Assembly (NCBI GenBank): GCA_951804945.1
Contig: OX638153.1
Location: 60,078,001-60,142,000 of the forward strand
DNA length: 64,000 nt
Source: Podarcis cretensis
Taxonomy: Eukaryota
Direction: 5' to 3'
A program made the translations under genes and the position numbers. The notes beneath the pieces were generated by a model. It saw nothing but the letters and a program-made list of their open reading frames with translations. It had not been told where the DNA came from and searched no databases. Of the stretch, positions 1-13,583 are shown piece after piece. Position 1 is the stretch's first letter, and each line of letters opens with the position of its first letter.

Positions 1-965
1 TGAGATTGCAAAGAGGAAACATGATCGTTCCACCATGCCGAGCTGTTAGAGCTGCAATGTGCAAATTTTGTAGGGAGAAGAATATGGGAACGTAACGACC
101 TTAGCACTTGGAGATAATTCAAAACATGTTTTAAGATCTATTGTTATTCTCCATAATAATAGACTTGCTGAGAGCAGAAGGGGCTATCTCATTGCATGTA
201 AAGCACAGCATATTTCTGTTAATTCTTGGATTACCACCATTTGTCACAACTGTTTGGAAGAACTACTTTGAAACTAGCCCTCTCCAGATGTCCTTTTCTA
301 AACATGTAAAGGAGTCAGTGGGAACGTTTGGAGTTAGCCCCACCTCTTTGATGATGGTGATGATGATGAAGAAGATGACGCACATGCCAGCAATGCTCCA
401 CAGTCAATGCAACATAGGCTTGATCAGAACAAGGCCACTTCAATATGTGTAGGGTTTTCTCCATTGAGACAGAAACCCTGACCAGTTAGGGTTCACATTC
501 TCATGTGAGAAACCCTACATGTGTAGAAGATGTCCAGCTTCAGGCTAAGTCAACTGCACACCTTTCATTTTTATGCTTTTAAAATTTTATTAAATTTTAT
601 TTTATTTTTATTGTTGTAAGTCTTCCTGGGTGATGCCAATGCATTAAGAAAGAAAGGGGTATCCTAAGTAAGTAGCCAGAAAATTGAGAAGCTTGCTTCA
701 AAACACATCCTCAGTTCTCTGAAGGAGAAGCATCAGAAAAGCAAAATATTCTTATCTTTTTCTGAATGTGAATCTTTCAGAGAACTGTAGGTAGGACCAG
801 GGAGTCATCTTTTCCTAAAACATGGATGATGCACAAGTCCTCTGGAACTCTTTGGTCCACATCCCTCTTTCTGCACTGGGCAATGAGGAATGAAGAACCC
901 TGCCTTAGGAAGGGACTGATCTAGCCCAAGTGGATTAGTTCTGTGTCTATCCTGCCCTTCATCTA

Positions 966-1027
966 AGGAGTTTGAGGCAGCAAAGTCACCAATGAGAGGA
1001 GTTTGAGGCAGCAAAGTCACCAATGAG
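966..1027. repeat. 31-bp tandem duplication
   Basis: aggagtttgaggcagcaaagtcaccaatgag x2. Confidence 0.9.
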
Positions 1028-2212
1028 AGTAGGGAATTAAACCTGGGCCTTTCCAATCATTTATTTGACATCCTGATTACTACACTAGTTTGATGTCCTC
1101 TGTTCTCTTCTCAGTCTGTGATTTGATGTTTTTTATTAACTAAATCAAGTATTCAGGATAAATAAGGATCTTCTGCAGACTCTAACACAACGTTGGTCAT
1201 TACCCACATTCTGTGTAACAAATTGACCACCTTGTAGCTATAAATATTCAGGCAAGCGTGGCAATATAATCTCCATTAACAACACAGAGAGATAGGCAAT
1301 GAAATTGCCTCTTAGATGTACAAGCATGAAATTCCAGAGGAGAACAAGATAAAGAAACAAGTGTCAATGTAATTATGAAGAAGACCTCCAACTAATGGCT
1401 GTGAAGGGCACATTAGCAGTACACAATGAGGAAGTAATACGGTGCCAAGGGGCTTTCTATAGCCCTAGTCATTTGGTACATTAAATGTATGTCTCTCCAG
1501 TGGCTAGAGTAACAGAAAGATGCCAAGAAGCAGAAAATCCCAAATACAATGAGAATTTGAACTGAATACACTATCAGGGCTGGCGTTTGTTTGCTTTGCT
1601 TGTTTACTCTTCATTGTATCATACAGCAAAGCAGTATACCTGGTGAAAAGTTCTACAATTCATTAGCAAAAGAAGAAGAAAAACACTCTCTGATGTGAGT
1701 TTCATATTTTCCAAAGTCAAAGTATTTGAAACAAGTTGTTTTTGTTAAAAACAACATGACTGAATTTGTTTAAAACCAGCCAAATGGGAATGTTAAAGGC
1801 TGCCTACACAATATACCGTTAAAGTACATTCAAAACACATTCTTTCCCCCAAAGGATCCTGAGCGCTACAGTTTACCTCTCATAGAGTTACAATTCCCAG
1901 CAGCTCTTTAAATAACTACAGTGACCAGAGTTTTTTTGAGGAATGTCTTAAATGTGATTTAAAAGTATAGTATGTACCCAGCCAGAGTAAGGCCTGACTT
2001 CGCACATTGTTAAGACTGTCACTGCTGCTGATGGCATGAATAAGTGGTCATTCCTTAAAGCCCAGTGTAAATGATATATTTTCACTAATCCTAAAATATC
2101 TGAAGGAACAGCTTACTATCCTTATAAAAACTGAGACAAATGTGGCCTTCAGCACATCCTTCTCCAAAAGATGGTGCCAGCAAGGAGGGAGAGAGCATCT
2201 GAACATCTCATA

Positions 2213-2215
<3 letters not shown>

Positions 2216-2247
<32 letters not shown>
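2216..2247. repeat. (CA)n microsatellite
   Basis: Direct reading. Confidence 0.95.
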
Positions 2248-2249
<2 letters not shown>

Positions 2250-2439
2250 CTCCATCCATTGTTCAGGAAACCATTGTCACTGTCCAAGGACATTCCAGCC
2301 AGGCAAATGCACTCAAGGAGGTTGCAGAGCAGGAGTGCAGCCTGGGGAGAGAGTGTGGCTTTGAGAGAGTCCTGAGGGCCAGACATCAGATCTAAGGTTC
2401 CACAGCCCTGTTCTCAGCAGCTTATTTTACAGTTTAGGC

Positions 2440-2758
2440 CAGGGGTCAGCAAACTTTTTCAGCAGGGGGCTGGTCCACTGTCCCTCATACCTTGTGGGGG
2501 GGCCAGACTATATACTGGAAAAAAAGAATGAATTCCTATGCCCCACAAATAACCCAGAGATGCGTTTTAAATAAAAGCACACATCCCACTCATGTAAAAA
2601 CACCAGGCAGGCCCCACAAATAACCCAGAGATGCATTTTAAATAAAAGCACACATTCTACTCATGTAAAAACACACTGATTCCCGGACCGTCTGCGGGCC
2701 GGATTTAGGAGGTGATTGGGCCAAATCCGGCCCCCAGGCCTTAGTTTGCCTACCCATG
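2440..2758. mobile_element. hAT-type MITE with internal ~65 bp tandem duplication
   Basis: Imperfect TIRs CAGGGGTCAGCAAACT / AGTTTGCCTACCCATG; perfect 8-bp TSD GTTTAGGC (2432-2439, 2759-2766). Confidence 0.85.
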
Positions 2759-3103
2759 GTTTAGGCAGCTTCCTATTCACCTTGCCTGAAGCCTCTTTTG
2801 ACTTTGGCAGAGCAAGCCCAGGCTCTTAATGCAGGGCCTGCATCTCCATCAGCTGAGTGACTCAGTCTCATTCCTAGAGCTTCACTCAGCGCTCCTCAGC
2901 CTCCTTGAAGGAAACACCCATGTCTTCCCTTTGTCTGATGAGACGAGATGCTGCATTTGGCCAATTGCTGGCAGAGATTGACAAGAGAATGTCAGCAAGC
3001 CCAACTTCTCATTCAGCCACAGGAGAGAGGCCCCCAGGCTATCATCCCAGACAAGCAGAGTCATGCCCTGCTCCTACCACAAAGTGGGAACGCTCTGCTC
3101 ACT

Positions 3104-3106
<3 letters not shown>

Positions 3107-3147
<41 letters not shown>
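3107..3147. repeat. (AT)n microsatellite
   Basis: Direct reading. Confidence 0.95.
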
Positions 3148-3149
<2 letters not shown>

Positions 3150-4890
3150 ATGCTCGGAGGAATATCCCTGCCTACCATTCAGGGGAGAAGACATACCCTT
3201 TCCATTGGCAACCTAGATCATTCAGAGGGGGGAAGCTGGGCAAGCAGGAAGCGGTTGAAAATAGCAGCTCTCCCTCTCAGAACTTTGCTATTCAAACTCT
3301 CCCATGTTAACTGCATGAAGGGACAGAGGAGAAAGCAGAGGAAAAACCCCAAACTGCTATGAATCTGAACTCTGATACATCTGATTTCAACTTGGGGAAT
3401 GGAATAACAGAGGCTGCACACAGCAGAAGTTAAAATATCATCCTGGATAGCAAAGCAATTTGTGAAGAAGAAGTGGTTGTTGAGAGGTGTCTAGTGGGCA
3501 TTGGAAAGGACAAATACAAGGTATGTTTCATTCAGATCAGACCTATAAACCCCTGGGGAACATGGAAACAAACAGGAAACAAGGCCTACAGTATTTTAAA
3601 AACAAACTGTATTTTTAAAACCAGAATGAATGTGGAAACAGCTGTGTACAAACAGTGAATTCTTGCACAGATTCAAAGGTGGAAAGTTGGTAGATAGCCA
3701 TTGACTGAACAAGATGCAGATGACTAGCTTGTTTAGGAAGCATCTGCTAAGCAAGAACACTGTAGCATGGGATTAAATTAAATGTTCAGATGCCTGACAG
3801 ATGGGTCCTACACTAGAGACAGGCATCATACACACAGGTAGGGATATAAGAAGCTGCTATTTTCTGTTCTGTCTGAATTCATCTCATGAAGCACTGTTTC
3901 TATTCCACTGCAGTTCATCTTCCACCACAAATGACATTATTCATCTCCCTGTCCACAGCGGTGAAATTTTGTAACCTATGTAAATTACATAACTTATTTA
4001 ATTTACATTGCTCTTACATTCTTCCACCCCATTCATTTCAATGCAAAGGAAATGCAATGCAAATAGAGGGGCATAATAAATTGTATATATCATTTGCAGA
4101 CTGAAAGCAATAGCAGCAGCTAGTCGTGATCATATTTTCTGGATTGATTTCCATTCTGGACATGGGACAAAGAAGTGAACACCAGCAATTTCTACCCCTG
4201 TTTTCATCGGAATTCTCTGACATCCCTAACCACAGATGCATGCAAGTGTCAGAGATGCAACTGTTATGCTCTTATCCTACTCAAGCTGAGATAGTATAAT
4301 CATTTATCATTACGCAGAAAGGCATTGGCAGGTGCAGGGAAATTCAAAATGAGCCAGAAGGCAGGTTACAGAGGTAAGGAGCCTCTCCATATGCTGTTGG
4401 AATACAATCCCCATCACCCCTAACCATTGACCATGCCAGGTGGAGCTGATGGGAGCTGGTTTTCAACAACAACAGGTGGACCACAAGTTCCCCATCCCTG
4501 GCTGAACTCAGTTGGATTGTGACGTAAACATGCACAGAACTGGGCTATTAGGCAGATAAATATTTAGTAGAATGAAACTGAATTCAGTGAGTGAATCACA
4601 GAAGGTTAGCCTCTAAAGAGAAGGTCTGTAAATCTGAGATTGCCAAATCAGACTCTGGGTCCAGGAACTGACAGTTCTGTTAGTCTCTGTGAAGATATAT
4701 AGTGAAGTAAAACAAAGGGCATGCCCATAAATATTAATTCTTAAACTGACAGGGCTGTATGGAAGGAGGAAATCATTCTGACTGCCATTCACCAGAGTCT
4801 TGAATATTAAAGTTATACGTTTAATCTACATAAAATGCTGTGTTTGAATGCATTGTATTTAAAATGCTGTAATTGAAGTTTATCTTAGGC

Positions 4891-5211
4891 CAGGCATGGC
4901 CACTGGTGGAGGAAGAGGAGTGCAGGGGGAGCATACCGCCCCCGACAGCGCAACCCCGGTGGGGTGCCATCGCGGCTGCCCACCCCTGTCCTGGGTGCCA
5001 CGCCCCCAGGATGTGCGCCAGCCCCGCCTCCGCCTGCTTTCCACCCCCCGGTCCCAGAGCATGAAGCTCTGCCACTGGGCATGGCCAAACTTGGCCCTCC
5101 AGATGTTTTGGGACTACAATTCCCATCATCCCTGACCACTGGTCCTGTTAGCTAAGGATGATGGGAGTTGTCATCCCAAAACATCTGGAGGGCCAAGTTT
5201 GGCCATGCCTG
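4891..5211. mobile_element. Palindromic hAT MITE interrupted by a second MITE
   Basis: TIR CAGGCATGGCCAAACT / AGTTTGGCCATGCCTG; TSD TCTTAGGC/CCTTAGGC; same family as 17673-17792. Confidence 0.85.
4901..5077. mobile_element. GC-rich hAT-type MITE nested in the left TIR of another MITE
   Basis: Ends CACTGGTGGAG / CTCTGCCACTG; perfect 8-bp TSD GGCATGGC (4893-4900, 5078-5085). Confidence 0.8.
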
Positions 5212-7815
5212 CCTTAGGCAAAAAGGTTCCACTCTGGCAAATGCATCAGAGAAAGCATTTTCCCATTAGAGTGAGATAAGCTACCTGATGACTCATCTCC
5301 AGAGACAGGAGCTGCAGTGCGCTCACAGCAGGAAGCTTGAGAAACTGTGTGTGTGGTTGCTTGGAGATGGCAGGTAGAAGCAGTGGGTTGCAGAGATGTT
5401 CTGCAATGATGAACAAGCTTAGGATTTCCCTCTGGGACCCGAAAGAGGAAAATTTACTGAACCTCATAAAGGACAACCTCATTGCTTGCTTGCTGTGGAT
5501 TGCTTTGTTATTTCGTAACATGTATCACATTGTAAATAGTATTTAAGACTGTTTTGCAGTAAAGCTTGGAAGCGCATTCTTGCAGTGGAAAGAATTCCAG
5601 ATCAGGGATTTCACTGAACAACTCTAACATTGAGCTGCTACCGTGAGTGCTCATCATTCCAGATGCCCAGCAGAATTTCATTCTACTCACCTGCCAGATC
5701 CCAGTGGCTGGGGAAAGAAAAGAACTGAGCTGGTTCTGCTCATTGTACCTGAACAGAGGTGAGGAACTTCAATCCTGGGGGCCAGATGTGACCCTCCACA
5801 CCTTTCTATCTGGCTCTTGAGGCTCAAACTCCACCTGAGACACATCACCTCTATCCAGGCATCATCCCTCACCAGCCCTACGTTTTGCCTGACTAAAATG
5901 TCCCCTTGAACTCTTGGTTGCCTCTTGATGATGCCTCTTGGTTGCCTTGAGGCAGGGTAGAGAGGGGTGTGTGAAGAAGCTGCCCTACTTTACAAAGGTA
6001 AAATTTGCATTAGTTACTTTGCTCATTTTTGCCACACATGGGCCCTGGAAGGCTGCTGCAATGAGAATGTGGCCCTAAGTTTGAAAAAGGGTCCTCACCC
6101 CAGTGCTGGAGCTACAACTTCTTGTCTTTTCTTCCCAAGACACAGACACCCTAAGAGAACTTTCCATCTTAACTGGCAGACATCTCAACTTTCTAAAGGT
6201 TCTCAAACAGCAACAAAATGCAGCTTGCAGTAGAATTGCAGAGGAAAAAAGCAACACACGAAGAAGAAACATTGAGCATCAGAGCAGAAAAGCAAAGGGT
6301 GGGCAGTGTTAATTTGCAACAGAAGGAATTTTTGCATTATATGAATTGTTGTGAGCTGTTCATGGAAGCCACCTTGAGGCTTTGTTAGAAAAGCAGGGTG
6401 AGATTTGGTTTCACTTAATCATCTTGAAACAAGAATGGGAAACGCATCTCCATCACCATATGCCACGCCTACCATGCGGTCTATTATTCTGTGTAAAGGG
6501 ATGGAGTAGTGCTGCAATCTGTCCTGGCATTGTAAAATGGTATATAGCTGTTGTAGCTGAGACTGGCCCTCATTTCTACCAGCACCAACTCCTGGAGTGC
6601 TTTTGCAGGGGAAAAGATTAAATTTAAGGGGAAATGGCTTTATGGTCTCAGATAAAGTCCGTATGAATGCATGACCCTTTCATAATTACAGCATGTTGTG
6701 GGAAACCCATTTAATGTACAGCTGCGCTATAAGGTGCACAGGGTGATAAAGGAACTGAGGACCCTGTTTCCTCTGTTTGGGCTGATGGATTGGACTCCCT
6801 GCCTCCAGGGCTGACTCAGCCAAAGTAAAGGCAGGGGAGGATAAGGGCATGGCAGCGCACTGTTCCATTGGGAGCAAAATTCATCTTGCAGTTTCCTTGA
6901 CAGATGAACTCTGTCCACGATACCAGGACTCAGAGACCGGCGCTCCCTGTTCAACAGAAGACCGCTGCACCAGGGAGGGATTGTCATTGACAGCCATTAA
7001 ACAATAGAGAGTATTGGTTATTTATTTTCTAAATAAATCAGCACACCCTGGAAAGAGGTAATTTAGAGCAGCCCTTCCCGAATCTTGGCTGTTCCTTCAG
7101 CTGCCATCAGGCTCCAGAGAAACAGCAGCAAACTCTCACGCAAACAGCCTATTAAAAAGGCCTGTCAGAGGCACCTTGACCTGCAGACTCGCTCTGGTCC
7201 TCAGCTCCCCAGCAGCCCTCCCCTCACATGATGTATTTCCCTTGCCATTTTTAGAGCTGCATTATGTTCGCTGCAGGAAACAGCCTCTTCCTTCTTATAA
7301 ACACAGGCCTGGGTAACTGACCAGCAGCTCTGCCACTCCACAGCCACTCTCCGCCCATCCATCACATCTTGCTGTCACCCTGGCAACATTTCTCTCGGAT
7401 CGGTCCAGCTCCAGAGATGGCGGGGGGGGGGGAGCAGCCCGATTCCAGCCTGCTGACTAATTCCTTGGAAACTCCTAGATAATACAATGAGAAATTCTTT
7501 CCAGTGGCTTCTAGAATGTCCCTGGAAGGTCACCCAAAGGTTGGTGCAAGGACACGGTGGCTGATTTCCATTCTGTCAGCAGGATTTGGGCAAAGTGCAT
7601 TCATGGGTAAAACCATGTTTGTTTCCTTTTGTACAGGGGTGCCATGCTATGTTCCCAATTAGCTAATTTCTGAGGACCCCCTGTTTTTCAAAAGCCAAGC
7701 CATGGACCTCCTGGACTTTTGAAAATTTTGATAACTTTATGGGAGTTACCTCTGCAAAGCAATGTTTTGAACAAAATGTGGGGTGGCCCCTAATAAGCAA
7801 CGGATTTTAGGTATA

Positions 7816-8045
7816 CAGTGGCACCTTGGGTTAAGTACTTAATTCGTTCCGGAGGTCCGTTCTTAACCTGAAACTGTTCTGAACCTGAGGTGCCACTTTA
7901 GTTAATGGGGCCTCCTGCTGCTGCCACCGATTTCTGTTCTCATCCTGAAGCAAAGTTCTTAACCTGAGGTACTATTTCTGGGTTAGTGGAGTCTGTAACC
8001 TGAAGCGTATGTAACCTGAAGTGTATGTAACCCAAGGTACCACTG
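7816..8045. mobile_element. Tc1/mariner-type MITE
   Basis: TA|CAGTGGCACCTTGGGTTA ... TAACCCAAGGTACCACTG; highly similar to the copy at 57313-57519. Confidence 0.85.
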
Positions 8046-8269
8046 GACTAAAAAAACAGACTAGGGCTGAGCGATACCTGGTTTTCAACATTGTGATGTA
8101 TCAGCAGCTAAACATGGTATTCTGATATATCACGATGCCTGAAATTGGAGATCAGGTGTGGGGATGAGGTAAGCAGCAGCCGCAGAGATCGGATGGGTGC
8201 GGGGAGAAGAGGAAGTGGAATCACCTCCATCACATGGATTGTGTGGGAGGGACAGCCAGTGCTGGCAGT

Positions 8270-8524
8270 CAGGGCCGTAGCTAGGGGGTGGTGAGGTGGG
8301 GCCCTGCCAGGGGCACAGGCGAGGGGTGTGTGCAAAATCGGCTTTAAAATATGCCTATAAATAAAAATATTGATTATTGCCTCATAAGAAAAGGTTTTAA
8401 ATGGAGGGTGAATTGAATGGGGGGGGTTGGAAGAGAGGCGGAAAGAAGAGCTAATTTGTCAGTGGCTGGGGGCGCAATCTGCACAGTTCTGCCAGGGGCG
8501 CAAGATCACCTCGCTACTGCTCTG
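8270..8524. mobile_element. hAT-type MITE
   Basis: TIR CAGGGCCGTAGCTAGG / CCTCGCTACTGCTCTG; degenerate 8-bp TSD CTGGCAGT/GTGGCAGC. Confidence 0.65.
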
Positions 8525-10497
8525 GTGGCAGCTGGTGAAGGTGCAGATCCACAGTGGCTGCTGCTGCTTTCCTGTGGACTGAGAAAAGGTGCTTCACCTC
8601 CATGCCAGGGGAAGGTAGTGCCATGGTGACTTAAAGTGAGGGTGATCAGCTGCCATGTTCTCCCTCATCATGAGGGGAAGGGAGCGCCTCACAATTGGCT
8701 GCCCTGTTTTCCCTCAGTGTGAGGGAAGGCAGCTCAGATCAGCAGCGTTATCAGCTGAGATAATACTGCGATATCAGCGATGCCTTGAAACTGGCTGCGC
8801 TGCTCTCTCATACGAGGAGCAATATATCGCTGCATGTTGCCTGGTCAAAATCATTATCATTGTGTGATTTCAAAACAGATTTTGGCCCAGTATATTGAAA
8901 AATTGCAAGGCGCTAAAACAGACCATAAAATTTGTGATATTACCATGCAGAAATGACAAAAAACTAGTTGGGGGGAGGCAAGGGATGGGGCCGCAGACTC
9001 CCTGGGTGCATTCTGCAGACTCCCAGAGGTCCCCGGACCCCTAATTGGGCACCACTGGTGTACACAACCAAACAGCCAGTGACTTTCACACAAGGATTTG
9101 TCCTTGTAGTGCAGGTTTCTGATTTCTGAAAAAATACAAGATTTTAAATTGCCATGGCATAAAGCGGGGTGGATGGGTGCGGGGGATAGAGACTACTGAC
9201 TAGTTACAGAAGCACCTTGAGCTCATGGAGAGGTGAGATGTACCAGTATTTGAGCTCAAGGAGAAACAAAGTGGGGGTGCAGTAGGAAAAACTGAGAGAA
9301 ATAAAGCAGAATGGGATGAGAAGTTAATGGTATAAATAAGAGCAAAGCCACTTTAAAAAGAGAAAGGCCATAACTCTGTACCATGTTTTGTTCCAAGAAG
9401 TTGGTTGTGAGCAAAAATGTTTTTTGCTGATATTCTAGGGCAGCGATAGCCAATGTGGGGTCCCACAGATGTTCCTAGATTGCAGCTCTTGTCAGCCCCA
9501 TCCAGCATGGCCAATGGGCAGGGTAATGGGAGTTCTAGTTCACAGCAGCTGGAGGGTACCATGTTGACTACATCTGTCCAAGGGCCACCGATCAAAATGT
9601 CTACTTTATGGGAGTTTGCTCTTGTAACCAACACATTTAAAGTGACATGGAAAGCTACTGGTGTCTTCTTCACCACTGAAAACTACTTTGTATGGCAGGA
9701 AAGCATAAATATTATATGCAGTTATTCAGAAGGTGATGAAAACAGAGAACAGCGAGCTGCAAGTTTCTCAGAAACACGTATTTCCTCTTACCTTTGTCCT
9801 TTATATTGTCTGCAGGGATCCTTCACATCCACAATGTATCCGAAACGATTCCCAGGAAGTGGCACGTAATGTTGGTCTGTTTATACTGCAAATTAAATTT
9901 AGCTACCTTCTCTTCTGCATGACAAACAATTCCTTGGGCTTTCGAGCTTCACAGCCTGGGAGCCAAACCATGACTAGGATCTCCCACTCTTAAAAAAAGA
10001 TATTAATAGTAGCTTCTCTCTGCACTGTTTTCTCAGTGTTCAAAATACAGCCGTTACTCCAGGTCATGCTCGTACATGACTTGAGCGGGTGGATGTACAC
10101 AGAGCAGAAGGGTTGCCTCCTTGTTTCTGGTAGGGCTCCTGTGCATTTTACAGCTGCATGACATTCTGCAGGTGAAGCCTTCCCCATCATGCTCCCTAGT
10201 GAGGATGGCTGGACATGTTGACCTTCCTTGTGTTGGCTGGGGATGATGGGAGTTGTAGTCCAATGCCATCTGGAGGACAGCAGGTTGGTGAAGGCCGCTG
10301 TAGAGCAACAGAGCCCTTCAGTTGTAGAAACTTAAATTTCCAGTATGCAACGGAATCCCTTTCAGAAAATAGTGATGATTGAGAGGTTGCCTCCTTGTTG
10401 TTTTTGCTGCAAGAAACTAGCCCAGGTATGCCCCTGGAAATAAATAAATATGCCACTGAGTTACAGCCCTTTCCCAATCATAGGGACCACCTTCTTT

Positions 10498-10544
10498 CAC
10501 TCTTGGTAGTCACCTGAGGCAACACTCTTGGTAGTCACCTGAGG
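10498..10544. repeat. 25-bp period tandem duplication
   Basis: cactcttggtagtcacctgagg x2. Confidence 0.9.
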
Positions 10545-13284
10545 TCCTTCTCTGGATCTCCTGCACCCCGACAATTTAGGCAAGTGGGTACACAGACCAG
10601 GGACTTTTCCAGCCATTGCCTCTGGCCTTTTAACTTACGCAGGTCTGGCCTTCCAGCATTATGTCAAAACATTTTTGTTGTTGTTCAGGAAATTTTTCTT
10701 TTTGTCTGCTGCATTATTTACTGCTTAGCATTCTTTCTTTCCTTCTTCCTGCTGTTGATTTTATTTTTATGATTATTTTTATTGTGTTTCATTGTCTCAT
10801 TGTTTTTACATCTGGTTTTGTGTATGTGTGTGTGATTGTGTGAGCCTGTTTAGATAAATAAATAATGGGCCAAAACAGCCACTTACAAGCCTGATTTGTC
10901 CGTAGACTTTTCATATGCCCTTCTTAAGCATCTGGAGCCAACCATAGACTGTGTATTATATTGCTGCTACTTAAACGGCCCTTTCCTTCACACTTACCTG
11001 TGCTATTTTCACCTGGGATTCAACCACATACCATCAAATCCAGGTTGCACAATTAAAGCCAATTGGGGGTCTTGCGCAACAAACATGCTTCACCGAAAGA
11101 TAGGATGTCTTGTAATAAGGAAAGTGATGGGAAAATGCACTGGAAAACGCTTTGAAGCAACATCATTTTAACTCCTTGCAAACAAATCAGAGTGAATCCT
11201 CTTTAAATAGCCAACATCATCTACCCTTCCTGCAAACAAATCAAGATGGATGCTCAATAGACAGGATATCTGGAAGCACCAGCTAGAGGAATCAGGACTA
11301 TAGTTGCCTCGTGAGAAAGAATGATGGGCAGAAGGACCATGGAGGCAGAAAATACTCTCCAGCCATCTCCAACTTCTTCAAGAGAAGAGAAAGGTGGAGT
11401 CTCTGAAGCAGCATCTGGCAGAGAACCCACCAACTACTGTACACACAGCAAACTAAGCTGTGCATTTTATTGAACAATAAAACACTCACCAGGTCATTTA
11501 CATTTTTATTGGCTGAAATTCCCATCCTTCCTCCCCCCCACTCTGACACATGCAGACACTGTTCTTCCAGTGCTTTCAACAAACTGGTGCCAAATTCAGC
11601 CTAGTTCAGTTTACTGCTTCCATGCAAATTGCAGGGTTCCCCTTGCTCCCCCTAGGGCTGCTGCTGTGTACCTATTAGCCCACCACCACCACTGGGTTCC
11701 TGTACAACTGAATGAATGGCATAAATTCTGTGAATGCTGCCTTGCCAGGCAAGAGAGATGCAGCAATGGGGAAAACTGACTCTGTTGCCTGCTATGCAGC
11801 TGTTGAAAGCACAGAGTCCTTACGTTGGCTGCTGTCACTCAACTCACATCAACCATTTCTCATAGGCCTCCTAACTTCAACCACTTGGTTGAGGCCGGTG
11901 AATGCTGAGTGAGCAGCAGGCAGCTGGGTCCTCATGTACTGTAGTGTGCTTTATGGGAACTGAGCCTCCGACACTGGAGAGCTGTGATCTAACAAGCTGC
12001 TCAGATGTGATTTACGAGCAACCCTCTTTCAGAAGAGGAATAGTCTTAACGGGCTTTTAACAGTCTGTAACTGGGAGGTTGCATGGAGCTTGCATATACA
12101 ACTGGCATGAAATATTCCATATAAAATCAGCCAGCAGCGGCTCCCTGGTGCAGGCATTTCCTACCCTGCTTTGACTCAACGACAACGTGACCTTTTCGCA
12201 CTCCTGTAATTGGATTTTGACGACAGCTTTTACACATCAGCTCTGCCCACCGTCACTAATGTTATTGCAAGCACCCTTAAAAAGCTCTCTGCCCTAAGCC
12301 CTATTCAAAAATTTCTAAAAATAAACCCTTAAAAATAAGGACATTCCCAGCCACCACAAATAAATCGGATTCAACCTGACATGCATTTTCCCCTACAAGC
12401 TTCTTATTGCATTTTCCAGTTTGCACAGTCCAAGGTGAGCAAAGAATCTGTCAAACGAGGAACTGAGAGGGTTGATGAAACATATCTACTGCTTCATCCT
12501 TTAAGTGAACAACTGGGAGACTCTCTTCCTTAAACAAAGTCTCTCTCTGCCCCCCCCACCCCAACTTGGCTTTCTTTCTCCTTTCTTTTCTCTTCCCTTT
12601 TCTCTGGGATGTGGTTTGAGGGTGGGTGGGATGCCGGTTTATCCTCTTCTGGAAAGGATATTGGATGTATGCTTATTTTTTATTTATTGTATTTATATTT
12701 CACCTTTTCCTCCAAGGAACTCAATGCGGCCTTCATTGTTCTTCCCTCTCCCCATTTAATCTCCACAACCGCCCTGTGAGATAGGTTAGGGCTGAAAGGC
12801 TAAAAGGGGATTCTATATTTATACTTGTTTTCACTCAGGCCTTGAGTTTACCTGTCTTAGTCCACACCTTGCACTCTGCCAATCAAAGTTTTGAACTTTT
12901 TTGAATCTGGGCTTATATTCTCTCCAAGCTCAGCATGGAAGATGCATCGGGGGCAAAGATAACTCAGTAGAAGATGCAGTTGTGCCATGTGGATTTTAAA
13001 AGATAGCACAGCAGTGCCAGTGGATTCTGGTACTGAGGAATTTTCTACCCAGTTGCCTGCTCTGCAGAAAGTGATATTTCCTTATCCATCAAGGAACTGA
13101 TATGCTTGGAGACACCCTGATTTGCCTCTCCTGGCCTTGCTGTTCCTGTGCTTTTTCACTAATGGCCAAAGTAGGTGAGCCAGAACTACCAGATGGAAGA
13201 ATTAGAAGTGGTGTAAAGCTGAGCCAAATGTTGAAGGAAGAATATTAACCCCATTTCCCAACCAGTAAACCTCATAAGCCATTT

Positions 13285-13530
13285 CTGTGGTGAAATGCTC
13301 TCCTCAGAGAGTCTTGCCTGGTACCTTCCTTACATATCTTTGGACGCCAGGTAGAAACATTCCTCTTCTCCCAGGCCTTTGGCTAATTAAACCATATATG
13401 ACCTTTTAAACTGTGGTGTGGGGTACTGTTTTTGTTTGTTACTATGTTATGTATTTTTGTGTTTTTATATTGTAAACTGCCCTGTGATCCTTGGTTGAAG
13501 GGTGGTATAGGAATTTACTAAATAATGATA
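13285..13530 (+). mobile_element. LINE (L2-like) 3' end remnant
   Basis: Ends ...tgtaaactgccctgtgatc...ggtggtatag...aaataat; similar tails at ~17960-18410, 48310-48452 (+) and 32935-33190, 47510-47785 (-). Confidence 0.5.
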
Positions 13531-13583
13531 ATAATTTGCCTGACCAGTAACATTAGTTTAGGAACAAAATGGATAAGGATTAT

